Shown: positions 52,582 through 64,000 of the stretch, piece by piece
How the letters are laid out: every line of letters starts with the position of its first letter
Position numbering within the stretch: the stretch's first letter is position 1
Source: Okamejei kenojei
Lineage: Eukaryota
Assembly (NCBI GenBank): GCA_035221665.1
Contig: CM069159.1
Span: 23,622,001 to 23,686,000, forward strand
DNA: 64,000 bases
Reading direction: 5' to 3'
Notes under the pieces: generated by a model
What the model saw: only the letters and a program-made list of their open reading frames with translations
What the model was told of the DNA's origin: nothing
Databases searched by the model: none
Translations under genes and position numbers: made by a program

Positions 52582-53134
52582 CTGGAAAATGGAAAGTAAC
52601 CGGCATCAAACATAAGACATAATAGAATTCAGTTTTGTGCAGACAACACCCATGCCATTCCAGACATCAGGGACCCATCAACATTCAACCAGAGCGTCAG
52701 AGATAGCCTGCACCTATAACCCCAATAGTCCCAACGTCCCTGAAGCATCCAGCCATTGATCATCAATTTCCAATAGCAGGATCTGCATCCTGATCAGGAG
52801 ACACAAATGTCCCCTTATTCGGAATTATGGAAGTTAAATGTAAACATCCCCATTGCAGCCTGACCAATAACACTCACCAGGCTGGAAACCTGTTATCTTC
52901 CTAAACCACATGGCTCACATGGCCAAACCAGTTGACCCCATGAGAATGTATTTTTAATACCAATGCTTTAAGTATTAATCTGGGGATGGTTCAGAACCCC
53001 CACAGGCCTCCGGTCCTTAGTTACTACTTGGAGTACAGTGTAGAGTTTGGAAAATTGGAGCCTCTCCGGGATGCGGAAACAGGGCTCACTGAATCTGACT
53101 ACTTGACAAAGGAAACAAACATGCAAGGATAAAA

Positions 53135-53350
53135 TGTTTAAGAAGGAACTTTAGATGCTGGAAAATCAAAGGTAGACAAAAATGCCGGAGAAACTCAGTG
53201 GGTGAGGCAACATCTATGGAGCGAAGGAAATAGGCGACATTTCGGGTCGAGACCCTTCTTCCTGACAAAAATGTTGGAGAAACTCAGCAGGTGAGGCAAC
53301 ATCAATAGAGCGAAGGAAATAGGCAATGTTTCAGGTTGAGATAAAATGCT
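53135..53350 (-). mobile_element. Tandem Penelope-type short elements
   Basis: Two consecutive copies of GGAGAAACTCAG..GTGAGGCAACATC..GAGCGAAGGAAATAGGC. Confidence 0.7.
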
Positions 53351-54519
53351 TTGTTTACAAATAATTCTGTTTCATTTTTTGTGCACAACCATTATAAATG
53401 AGAGCTAGATAGAGCTCTAGGGGTTAGTGGAATCAAGGGATATGGGGAGAAGGCAGGCATGGGTTATTGATTGAGGACGATCAGCCATGATCACAATGAA
53501 TGGCGGTGCTGGCTCGAAGGGCCGAATGGCCTCCTCCTGCCCTATTGTCTATGTTTCTATAAATTGTACTTTGACAATTTAAAATAAGTAACCAAAAATA
53601 CAAAATAAAAGGTTGATCAAACAGGATATTTTGTGGCATTTTAATACATTTCTGAGAATTGACTGTCCTTGCTACACCCACTACCCCAGCAACCCTCCCC
53701 ACTCACCCACAAACACTACACACTTCTACAAAGGCTTCTGTACCCTCAACTTGCAGCTAAAGCACAAGATACACTAAGAGTGTTAAATGTCACTGAATGT
53801 GTAGTCACAAGCCCATAAACCAAACAGGTCGGACTGGGTAGGCTGGGCCCCACCTTCCCTCTGTATGCAAATTCCCACTCCTACAAGCACTCATTTCCCG
53901 ACACTAACCACAACCTCTGACTGAGATCATCCCTCCACCCACTCCCACTGCAGCTCAATAGCAAATGATTCAACTCAAGGGATTCTAAAAGAAAGGAAAG
54001 AAAACAAACAAAACACTAGCCATGTGGCCAACAAATGGACAGAGATATCCCACTCAGGTACAAAGAAACTTCAGGTAGTTAAATGGTCCAAATGTTCAGA
54101 TTTAACTTTTGTTAACCTAAACTTTCTGAGTTAACTGAGCACAGCACGAGAGAAGTCAATATGGAATCTATGACTAAACCCCATTTCCTGCTCACCTCTT
54201 CTGAAAGTGCTGACTCTTGTTGGATAAGATTCAGTGAAGAACAATTATCCCGTGATCATTACGCCCCAAATGGCCTGTTAGCAGGTTTGCTCCTTAATCC
54301 TAGGCATCATCAGGACACAGGCATTGAAATGTAATCCACCTTCTACACTATCAAATACTACCACCTTGGGGTGATGCAATGCAAGTTAGATGTAGAACAA
54401 CCCTGTGTCTACAGTTCCAAGGAAGGTTGGGCACATGAAATATGGAGCAAATCTCTTGCAACGCCCAAATGTAACACTCCCATGGGAAATGCAGCACGCG
54501 GCAGGCAAAGAATGAAGCA

Positions 54520-54800
54520 GTTTGGTTTAATTTAGAGATACAGTGTGGAAACAAGCTCTTTGGTCCACAGATTCCACACCTGGACAGTAGATCTACATTA
54601 TCTCAATTTCACATCCTAGACACTAGGGACAATCTACAGCAACCAATTAGCCTACAAATCTGCATGTCCATGGAGCATGGGAGGTAACCAGAGCACCCGG
54701 AGAAAACCCATGCTGTCACTGGGAGAACGTGTAAACTCCACACATACACCACCTAGGTCTCTGGCGCTGTGATGCAGCAACTCTACCGCTGCGTGCTGCC
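54520..54800 (-). mobile_element. HE1/V-SINE-type SINE
   Basis: Reverse complement of the SINE consensus. Confidence 0.7.
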
Positions 54801-55651
54801 GTAAGTATTAATAGAAGTAGAGAAGGATGTACACGTTTTGAGAAAAACATTTTTTTCCAATAGATGATGGAAATCATATGTAAAAACAGAAAATGCTGGA
54901 AAATGCAGCAATGCAGATAATATGTGTGGACACAGAAAACGTCAACACCTTGGTTCTGATGAAAGCTCATAGATTCAAATCTTTCCATGGGTGCTGCCTG
55001 ATTGCTGAATATTTTTGACAGCATTTTTGTGACTTGCGCTTGTGATATATTGGAGCTGAAGGGCCAGCGCAGGATCCCGCAAAATGTGGAGACATTGGGT
55101 ATCTCATGGCTGGAAAATTAGAGAGGTTCGGATGAAGGTGGAGGGGTGCACTAGATGGTGCAGGGAAGTGGACTGGTGTAAAGGAGAGTGCTGATTGCTG
55201 GTCCAGAGATACAGAAGTTCAGGTAGTCATTCTGCTATGGGGGAGGGTGGGCAAGACTCAGGCAGTAAATGACACCGTGAGATATGGGATTTAAAAACCA
55301 GCTAATGATAGGACAGGAACTGAGATTATCGACTCCATTCAAACCACCTAATGGTAAAGTCTCACATGTCCAATCCAGAATCATTTTCTGATCATTTAAT
55401 GTTAACCTTAAACCCTACTTCAGTCTCAATGCAAAACCACCTCAACAAGATAAAAGGTCAATGAAAAGTCATTAACCTGAAATGTTAATGGTTCCCTCCC
55501 CTAAAATGCTGCCTGACATGCTGAGTATTACAGAATCTTCTGCTTTTAACTTAACTTTGCCAACGTTCTAACCCTGACAAAATCGAGCCCCGTCTATACC
55601 TCAAGCTTAATCATAATTACTAAACCAAACCAGTATTCCAAATCTAAAATT

Positions 55652-55933
55652 TGGGGTGGCACAGGGGCACAGCTGTAGAGTTGCTGCCTTACAATGTCAG
55701 AGACCCGGGTTGGATCCTGACTGGGTGCTGTCTGCATGGAGTTTGTACGTTCTCCCTGTGACTGCGTGGGATTTCTCCAACATTCCAAAGACGTGCAGGT
55801 TTGTAGATTAATTGGCCTCTGTAAAGTGTCCCTTGTGTGTAGGATAGAGCCACAGTGTACGGGTGATCATTGGTCGGCATGGACTTCGGTGGGCCAAAGG
55901 GCCTGTTTCCATGCTGTATCTCCAAACTAAACC
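55652..55933 (+). mobile_element. HE1/V-SINE-type SINE
   Basis: Full head, central domain and tail. Confidence 0.8.
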
Positions 55934-56096
55934 AAGTTGAAATCTAGACCCAAATCTAACATTCCCTTTGTTGTAAATAGTTGTGGTCGTTATATCGGTG
56001 CTTGTGCCTTAAAATTATTAATGAGGAAAATATGATTTATCAATGAGTTGGAATAAAGAAAGTTCAACATGAAGAATTTGTCTGAGTTACACTCAC

Positions 56097-56131
56097 CTGC
56101 CGAGTATAGCCAAGGCCATTCTGTTCAATAC
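56097..56131 (-). CDS. POU2F3: POU2F3 35-nt exon
   Basis: ttatgtcag|GT ATT GAA CAG AAT GGC CTT GGC TAT ACT CGG CAG|GTGAGT gives (G)IEQNGLGYTRQ, comparable to the recalled mammalian NDRNGLDFNRQ. Phase 1-0. Confidence 0.85.
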
Positions 56132-56708
56132 CTGACATAAAAAATAAAGTATGATTATTCAGAACAGTTCCATTTACTGAAGCAGTGAGAATTACAAACT
56201 CATGATCTGTGGCACTAGAGGGAGCATCACCATCTTACAGCTTGATTATTATTAATAGAGTCCTTTTGGGTGGCCAGATTTGACCTATTCTCGGTACTTG
56301 GATAATAAATGATTATTTTTCCCCTTTTTCATTCTTTAGTGACAATTACGAGGGAGGCCAACATTTATTTTCTGTCTGTAACTGCTCTCGAGTTGGGCAA
56401 TCCGCCTTCTGGAACGAGTATAATCCTTCTGGCATAGGCATCCCCACAGTGCTTTTGTGTAGGCAGTTCCAGGATTTAGATGCTGTGGCGAACAGAGGTT
56501 CATCCCAAATAGCTAACCTTCCACTTTCTCAGGACACAGCAAGGTGGGGTTTTGAACATTGAGGGACCAAGCTTGGTTCAAATATGCGCGCACACCACTC
56601 AGAAAGCCACCCACACCCTTCAGCTCACCAGGAGCTTTTAGCATTCTTACAATTAGCATGGAATTTGGGTGAGCGAGATAGCTAACAGCAAATTACCATA
56701 ATTTATAG

Positions 56709-56995
56709 GATGGCACAGTGGTGCAACTGGTTCACTGTACAAGAGACCTGGGTTCACTCCTGATCTCCAGTGCTCTCCGTCTGAGTTTGCTCATTCTCCC
56801 TGTGACTGTGTGGGTTTCCTCTAGTTTCCCCACACATCCCAAAGATGTGCGGGTTTCAAGGTTAATGGGCCTCTGTAAATTACCCCAAGTGTGCAGAGAG
56901 TGGATGCAAAAGTGGAACAACATAGAACTAATGGTGTGGACTCAGTAGGCCAGAGGGCTTGTTTACATGCGGTATCTCTGAAACAAAAGCACTAA
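56709..56995 (+). mobile_element. HE1/V-SINE-type SINE (diverged)
   Basis: Head GATGGCACAGTGGTGCA.., followed by the central domain and tail. Confidence 0.7.
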
Positions 56996-57501
56996 AGTGG
57001 GATGAAAGAGTAACGAAGAGCAGGGGAAGGAAGCAAAATAGACCCCTCCGAGGTACACGGGATGCGAGCTTGCTCCCTAAAAGCTGCAGTGAGTCACATT
57101 GCCCTGTGCAGTTTTGGATAGAGACATGTTTTCAGTTGCACGTTTTAGCACCCTTTGCTGCAAGGAACAGGCATGGGCAAGGAATGAGTCCATGTCTAAC
57201 AGGGCTGCCTGGCACAGGTGCAGTGCACAGGAGGCACAAGTGATCCAGGGGATAGGGATTTAGTGCTAGATGAAGGGAACAACGTTTGTTATGTTTCCAT
57301 GTTATTTAATTCTCTGCAAACACTGTAGTTCTGTTGGGTATCTAATTTGAATTTCAAATGAGCTCCCCTTTGCTCATACATGGGCAGCCTCCTCTCCTCC
57401 AGTATGTAAATCCTTCCTTCTCACGAGGCTCCAGTATGAAAATTATTTTCGAAATATGCAAATTTCAGAGAGCCTATTACTATGGCAACTTCTCCATGCT
57501 T

Positions 57502-57700
57502 NNNNNNNNNNNNNNNNNNNNNNNNNNNNNNNNNNNNNNNNNNNNNNNNNNNNNNNNNNNNNNNNNNNNNNNNNNNNNNNNNNNNNNNNNNNNNNNNNNN
57601 NNNNNNNNNNNNNNNNNNNNNNNNNNNNNNNNNNNNNNNNNNNNNNNNNNNNNNNNNNNNNNNNNNNNNNNNNNNNNNNNNNNNNNNNNNNNNNNNNNNN
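57502..57700. other. Assembly gap
   Basis: Run of N. Confidence 1.
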
Positions 57701-58063
57701 GTGCAATGCTTAACCACGCAGCCGAAAATATTTCAACTTTGATACCCAGTGCGATGCAAGTCAAATGATTATGGACAAGATAGAAACATAGAAAATAAGT
57801 TCAGGCGTAGGCCGTTCGGCCCTACCTCCAGCCAGCACCTCCATTCAATATGATCATGGCTGATCATCCAGAATCAGATATAGAAACAAAACTGAGGTAT
57901 GAGGGGGTGCTCATCAGAGGAATTTTTTTTCTACTTATATTTATGAATAAAGTTTAAAAATAACAAACTCTTGGAGGGTTCTAGCTCTTGAATAGGGCAC
58001 CAGTGGATCTGACCTTAAGGTGATCAGGTGATTAAGGTGACCGGCCAAATGCATCACAGGATA

Positions 58064-58294
58064 TTGTGTTGAAGAAGGAACTGCAGATGCTGGAGAATCG
58101 AGGGTTACACAAAAAGCTGGAGAAACTCAGCGGGTGCAGCAGCATCTAAGGAGCGAAGGAGATAGGCGACGTTTCGGGTCGAGACCCTTCTTCAGACGTC
58201 TGAAGAAGGGTCTCGACCTGAAACGTCGCCTATCTCCTTCGCTCCTTAGATGCTGCTGCACCCGCTGAGTTTCTCCAGCTTTTTGTGTAACCCT
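58064..58294. mobile_element. Palindromic Penelope-type insertion
   Basis: 194-bp palindrome at 58101-58294 with TSD GCATCACAGGATA (58051-58063 and 58295-58307). Confidence 0.85.
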
Positions 58295-58641
58295 GCATCA
58301 CAGGATAGTTGAACCTACACTTACTCAAAAACAAGTCAAATGGAGATTAAAAGTCTCATTTTGCCCATGCTAAATGCAACTTCCCTGCTAAATTGACCGA
58401 GATTATATCTGAGAGCGTGTTTTTCACATCTACTTTCAGAGAAGAGAGGAACCGAGGCAGTCCAACTGAAAATATGCAAATAATGAACTGCTCAGCAAAA
58501 ACAATGTATTTAGGATCCGGCTCCTGGGCCTCTACTCAAACGGTAAAAACTCCAGCAGCCACGCCTGATTTACAATGCCCAAGGCATCGAGCAAGCACAA
58601 GAACTGGATGATCCCAAGCCAAAACTGCCTTTTCCTCTTAC

Positions 58642-58677
58642 CTTTCAGGCGCCCTGGTTGGGATAATTGAATGCACT
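58642..58677 (-). CDS. POU2F3: Candidate POU2F3 upstream micro-exon
   Basis: ctctgtcttattcctactttactag|AGTGCATTCAATTATCCCAACCAGGGCGCCTGAAAG|GTAAGA. It is 36 nt, open in phase 1-1 (xCIQLSQPGRLK-G) and compatible with the next exon. Confidence 0.4.
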
Positions 58678-58769
58678 CTAGTAAAGTAGGAATAAGACAG
58701 AGTTGTCTCCATCATCAGAATCCTGCTCCCAATTTTGCAGGTTCATCCTTTACACTGATCATCACAAGG

Positions 58770-58935
58770 AAGCGAGGAATGTGTGATGTTTCGGGTCGAG
58801 ACCCTTCTTCAGAGTCTCCACCCGAAACATCACCCATTCCATCTCTCCAGAGTTGCTGCCTGTCCCGATGAGTTACTCCAGCATTTTGTGTCTATCTTTG
58901 ATTTAAACCAGCATCTGCAGTTCTTTCCTACACAA
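58770..58935. mobile_element. Penelope-type short element
   Basis: Same family motifs, with a short inverted structure. Confidence 0.7.
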
Positions 58936-61932
58936 TAAGACACGAGAGCGGATAATGAAGCATTTAACGGGAGAGTCTGTAAACATTTCCATCTTCAACC
59001 TGGAGTCGAGCTCACAAGAGCACAACTTGGAAAATATTTGGGATTGGCCCGATAATTGCAAGTAAGATTAGTTTTACACAAGTATGACCACAGCTAGGAA
59101 GAGAAAATCTAACCATGTCCCTCTCACATTCAGCCCCTTTAACAGTCTTGAATCCTTCACCATCAATATTCTAGGAATTCCCTACTAGTTTAGTTTAGAA
59201 ATACAGCATGGAAACAGGCCCTTTCCAATACAGCATCATTTCCAATTATGCCATCAGTGACATATGACCGTATTTGGAAATTTATGATCTATACTTCAAT
59301 GTTACAGAATCAAAATCCTCGTTGTTTACCCCAAGTGGACCAGAGTTCTTCAAGAAGGCAGATCATAGCCATCGCACAGATTTGTGAATGGCCAATAAAT
59401 GCTGCCGTTGCAAGGAATACCAAACACCCTGCGAGTGAATCAATAAATATTAAAAAGGGGATCACAGGATAACATACTGGTTAAATTAGTAAAGTAGCAT
59501 TGAACACTTCAGCTTTAAATAATTAGGCACATGAAGTCAAATTCTATCACAAAAGCTGAGAAAATCAAATTCAGTTAATTAAAATAAATCTTAACAATGT
59601 GGTGGCAGAGATAACTGGCCTTGATAATGGCAATGAAAACAATTATTGGAACTTTACAACTCTGATCTATTTTGCTGATCCATGTAAGTCATCTTTCCTT
59701 ACTTGGACTGGTAATCATTCCTCACCTACATCAGAGTGTTGGAAACTTATTTCTATGCTGAAATTAACTACCTAATCACACAGCAGCCTCAAACCATCAC
59801 TAAAGAACGATACATTAACTCAATTAATCCAACATCAATTAAGAAATGGATGTTAGAAGGCAAACCCAGCCCACAAGGAGACATTTATTCGATAGTATGT
59901 CATGGTTTCATACCTTTTCACCAACAGTACACATCTCTCCTTCACCATTGTAGGGCACACCTCATTCCACTGGGAGGACAAATACTCAGACTGACAGAAG
60001 TAACATATGCACCCAAAATGGAGTGGTTCCAAGATTGCTTAACTAGGATTCCTTAACTCACTTCCTACCTTCTCTTCCATATTGATTACTTGAAGCAGAG
60101 TACAAAGGACACATTAGTGGGGTCTTCAACATTAAATCATCAAGGGTGGTTCAGTGGCACAAGCACTGACTAACTTGGAAAAATCCATCAGTGCACAGAC
60201 TGAATCTCCATCTGGTGGTAAGCAAAACAATACAAAAACTGCAACCTTTTCCTGCTGTAGATGCAAGTTGCAAACTTCCTTACTGAATGCTTCACACGGT
60301 TTCATTGCCTCCAGAGACTGGTTTTGTGATTGTGGCAGTCTTTTATTAATGCAATTAAAAGAGCTCGTCATAGAGTCATACAGTGTGGAAACAGGCCCTT
60401 CGGCCTACTCCGACCAACATGTCCCATCTACACTTGTCCCACCAGCCTGTGTTTGGCCCACATAACCCTCTAAACCTATCCTATCTATATATCCGTCAAA
60501 ATGTTTATTTTCTGTCAAAGTTTGAGTTTTCTGCAGCAAGACTATCAAAAGGTGCATTCCAACCATCTTCATAGTACCATCATTAGTCAAGACACTTAAT
60601 ACCATCAAAACTAAGCACTCCACATTTGGAACTCTGATAATATCCTTCGATATTGACTACTAAATAATCCATCTTCAGTGTGCACTATTCATAAGAGACA
60701 ATTTAATGGCATACAGCATAGAAACAGTGCATTTGACCCACCATATCCATAGTGACCAGTGGGCACCCATGTGTACCAATGCTACCTTTGGGCAATCATC
60801 CCATAACCTTTGCCAAGGCAATTCGAGTGCTCATCTTCACACTTCTTAAATACAAGGTTTCTTTGATATCATTGTCCCAGCCTTTACACCACATAAAAGA
60901 TGGGCAACAAGCATAAGGGAAGCCTAGCACCCCAAAATACTCCTGCAGGTTCCACACCATCCCCAAACTTGGAAATGCATCACAACTGCCCCATCTTCAA
61001 ATTCCTCAACTCCCTTGGGGATGGGTAGAAATACTGTAACTTCAAACATCTTCACCTCAGAGCTGCATGATTCAAGGTGACAGCACACCTACGTCTCTAA
61101 GGTACTGGGGGCGGGCAATAAACGCTGCCGTAACGAATAACGCCTACATGCTGCGATTGAGCAAATAATAAAATCTGGGTCACAGGTATGAGTCACACAG
61201 GCTTTAACCAGATTTAACTGAAATTGTTAACAATATGGAATCCATTTGAAAGCAATGCAGCATTGATGCTACTCAGCAATGACTAATTCATTATTGCAAA
61301 GATCACTATCTCTGGTAGTTCACCAAGAAACTTTACCTTGTAATAGATCACTTTCCCCTAATACAACAGAGGATGTCTTTGACTTGGTTGTCTTCTCCAC
61401 ATATGCTGCCTGCCTGTTTCCAGTATTTTGGGGGCTTTATTTCAGTTTTCCACACCTGCAGTATTTTGATTTGCCATCATTTTTCACTGGGCGGTTAATT
61501 TATTCACCAATTATGGCCAGCTGGCGGTTTCTGCCCAGCAGGCTTTTGCCATCAACAGGTTTTAAAATACCGCTGGAAATCTTCTCCTCCTAATGCATCC
61601 TTGCTGTCTGACCAGAAAAGAATCAGCATATATTCCTCAGCATTCATTGCACCATTGCCAGGATTACCATTTGAATTTTGCTCAACACTAACAGCAACAA
61701 GTATGCAACAAGTATGCCTTTGTTCAGTTCCATATTTAGAGTGCGGTTCTAGCACTGCAGACAATTTTATATCTATTGTAGACATAGAGATTGATTATTA
61801 TGGTTATTCAATGATGCAGTGGAGTGGGGACACCAGCTATGGGTCAGTGACACTGAATTACCTACTTCTGCACTGCAATTTCTGAGAAAATAGCATCGCC
61901 ATTGGCAATCTCCCCTCTACTCTCTCAGTTTC

Positions 61933-62068
61933 AGGGTGGCATGGTAGCAATAGCGGCGGAGACCAGGGTTCAATCCTGACTACGGGTGCTGTCCGTATGA
62001 AGCTTTTACACTCTCCCAGTGACAGCATGGGTTTTCTCCAGGAGCTCCAGTTTCCTCCCACACTCCAA
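61933..62068 (+). mobile_element. HE1/V-SINE-type SINE 5' part
   Basis: GGGTTCAATCCTGACTACGGGTGCTGTC..GGGTTTTCTCC. Confidence 0.65.
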
Positions 62069-62184
62069 TGTTGATAGCAATGAAGGTTTAGTTATCACTG
62101 AGCAACTTTCCTCCCACTGGAAACAACACGATTAAGGAATGACAAGTCTTCAATTTTATGATGGATTCCAAAAAGTATAGTTAG

Positions 62185-62960
62185 AACTGTAAGGAGCTGC
62201 AGATGTTGGTTTACAAAAAAATGACACAAAGTACTCGAGTAACTTGGCAGGTCAGGCAGCATCCCTGGAGAACATAGACTAAAGAAGGATCTAAAGGAGT
62301 ATCCTGACCCAGAACATCCTCTATCCATGTTGTTCAGGGATGCTGTCTGGCTCACTCACTTACTCCAGCATTTTGGGCCTTGTCTTTTTTTTTTAGGTAA
62401 ATATTTAACTTGTCTAACATTCCACAGCATTTCATGGCAGCTTTATTTTATAAATGCAACAGCCATCTTGCACTGAAACAGCCAATGCCAGTTGGCAGCA
62501 ATAAAGGTACCACACAGTACTTGGTCAAGAGGGCTACATGGAAAGAATTCCAGGTCTAGATTATTCAGTGAACAATGATGAAAAATAACCAAGTGACCAT
62601 TGGAAAGATTCAGATTGCACTGACTGTGAAGACACAAGAGGCGGCAATCAAGAGCAACAGATAATCTGCTGGTGGAACCTGAACGGCATCTCTGTGGGCA
62701 GAAAGGAACGATCAACATTTCGGGTTGGAACCCTGCATTAGGACAGAGAGGGAGAGAGAGAGCCAGTATAAATAGAAGAAGTGGTGAGAGGCAATTGTGG
62801 GCTGAGAAGATGTTAAGGATAGACAAGTAGGGTGGGGTAAGGGAGATTGGAGGGGGGGGGGGGGGCAGGGGGGGGGGGGAATAGGGGAGAAAATGAGGTG
62901 GCATTGGGGGACAGAGGCCGGAGGATGTAGGTGGAAGGAAAAGATGTCAGATGGAGCCAG
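62185..62960. mobile_element. Cluster of degraded Penelope-type elements
   Basis: Family motifs at about 62185-62375 and 62630-62960. Confidence 0.55.
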
Positions 62961-64000
62961 GTGAACTGACTGGTGTACTTCAAGGCCTTCCCCCACTGTC
63001 CATTTGGCAATAACAAGCACCCTATGTGCCTTCACTTCTTGCATTGTGTATACCGGGCTCCATAACCCACCAAAAACTGCAAATCCCCAATCTCAACCCA
63101 ATTGGAGAAGCTGTGGGTATTCTCCCTGGGACAGTGCGTTTTGTGAGGGTGTCAGATTAAGGTACTTGAAATCATGATTGGCATGGATAGAGTTGCTGTT
63201 GAGAGAAACTCTTCTATCTTACAGAGGGAATGTAGAATAGATGATTGGTAAAAATGAAGCAGGATTTTTTTTTAAAGTGTGGGTCTGGAATGCACTGCTT
63301 GAGCTGGTAGTGGAGACAGATTCAAAAAGGACTTGGATAAGTCATGAAATGAAATAATTTGCAGGTGTTGGGGTTTTGCAGAGTGGGATTTTTCATGCAG
63401 ACCATGTGGATTAATGTCCTCCTCTTCTGTGACAATAGTGGCTCCGTGGCCTTCTGCCATCAAGTCTGACCCCTAATTACCAAGATGAATGGCCATAATT
63501 GTGCCACATATCCAAGAGAAAAAAAATTGACAAAAATAAAAGAGGAAATTGGTCGTTATCAGTCACTGACAGATGAATCCGATAAATAGAGTCATAGAAT
63601 TGTACAGCACAGGAACAGACACTTTGGCCCAACTCGTCCATGCTAACCAAGGTGAATATCGGAGCCCGTCCAATTTACCCGATTTTGGCCCATATCCCTC
63701 TGTATCTCAGTGCAACAATACTATCAAACACTTTAGTTCACATTGTTGCTAAAAAGCACTGGTAAGTGGGAAAAACAAACACAATAACAGGAACTATAAT
63801 CAGACAATATTACAACCACAGCTTCTGCTGAAGTGCAGCTGGGCAAGGGAGTGGCCAACAGGCTAGTCTCCTGTAGGAATTTTACATCCTCTTTCTAAAC
63901 CCTTAAAATGCTAGTGCATACTGTACCTCAGTCTGTATAACACTTGCTGTATAACACTTTAGTGTTACACAACATTTGCTGCAGAAGTTATTGAATACTT

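Noticed and set aside
57358-57768. ORFs spanning the N run
   Set aside because: Artefacts of the assembly gap.
58700-64000. Search for POU2F3 exon 1 and promoter
   Set aside because: No CpG island or convincing ATG-bearing exon was found, so it probably lies beyond the window.

Overview
This is vertebrate genomic DNA, almost certainly from a cartilaginous fish (skate/ray-like), judged from its repeats: HE1/V-SINE-type SINEs, CR1, Rex1/Babar, and Penelope-derived short elements. Three genes lie on the minus strand in the same order as human 11q23.3. POU2F3 has 11 well-supported coding exons (39511-56131) plus a candidate 36-nt exon at 58642-58677, and its first exon was not found. TLCD5/TMEM136 has a 245-aa core ORF in two exons, with a probable exon 1 in the CpG island at about 33.9 kb. 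ARHGEF12 is represented by its first coding exon (3693-3724) and promoter CpG island. The rest is mostly transposon debris, including a complete non-autonomous Helitron, a hAT MITE, a Harbinger-like MITE and many Penelope-type elements with hammerhead-ribozyme cores. Most short ORFs in the track are spurious. I see no convincing new multi-gene system. The most unusual features are the mirror-polarity G-quadruplex minisatellites bracketing the TLCD5 promoter, a near-perfect 194-bp palindrome with a hammerhead core on each strand, a retroelement insertion that duplicated a POU2F3 splice donor, and a micro-exon N-terminus of POU2F3. All identifications come from manual reading and recalled homology, not from database searches.
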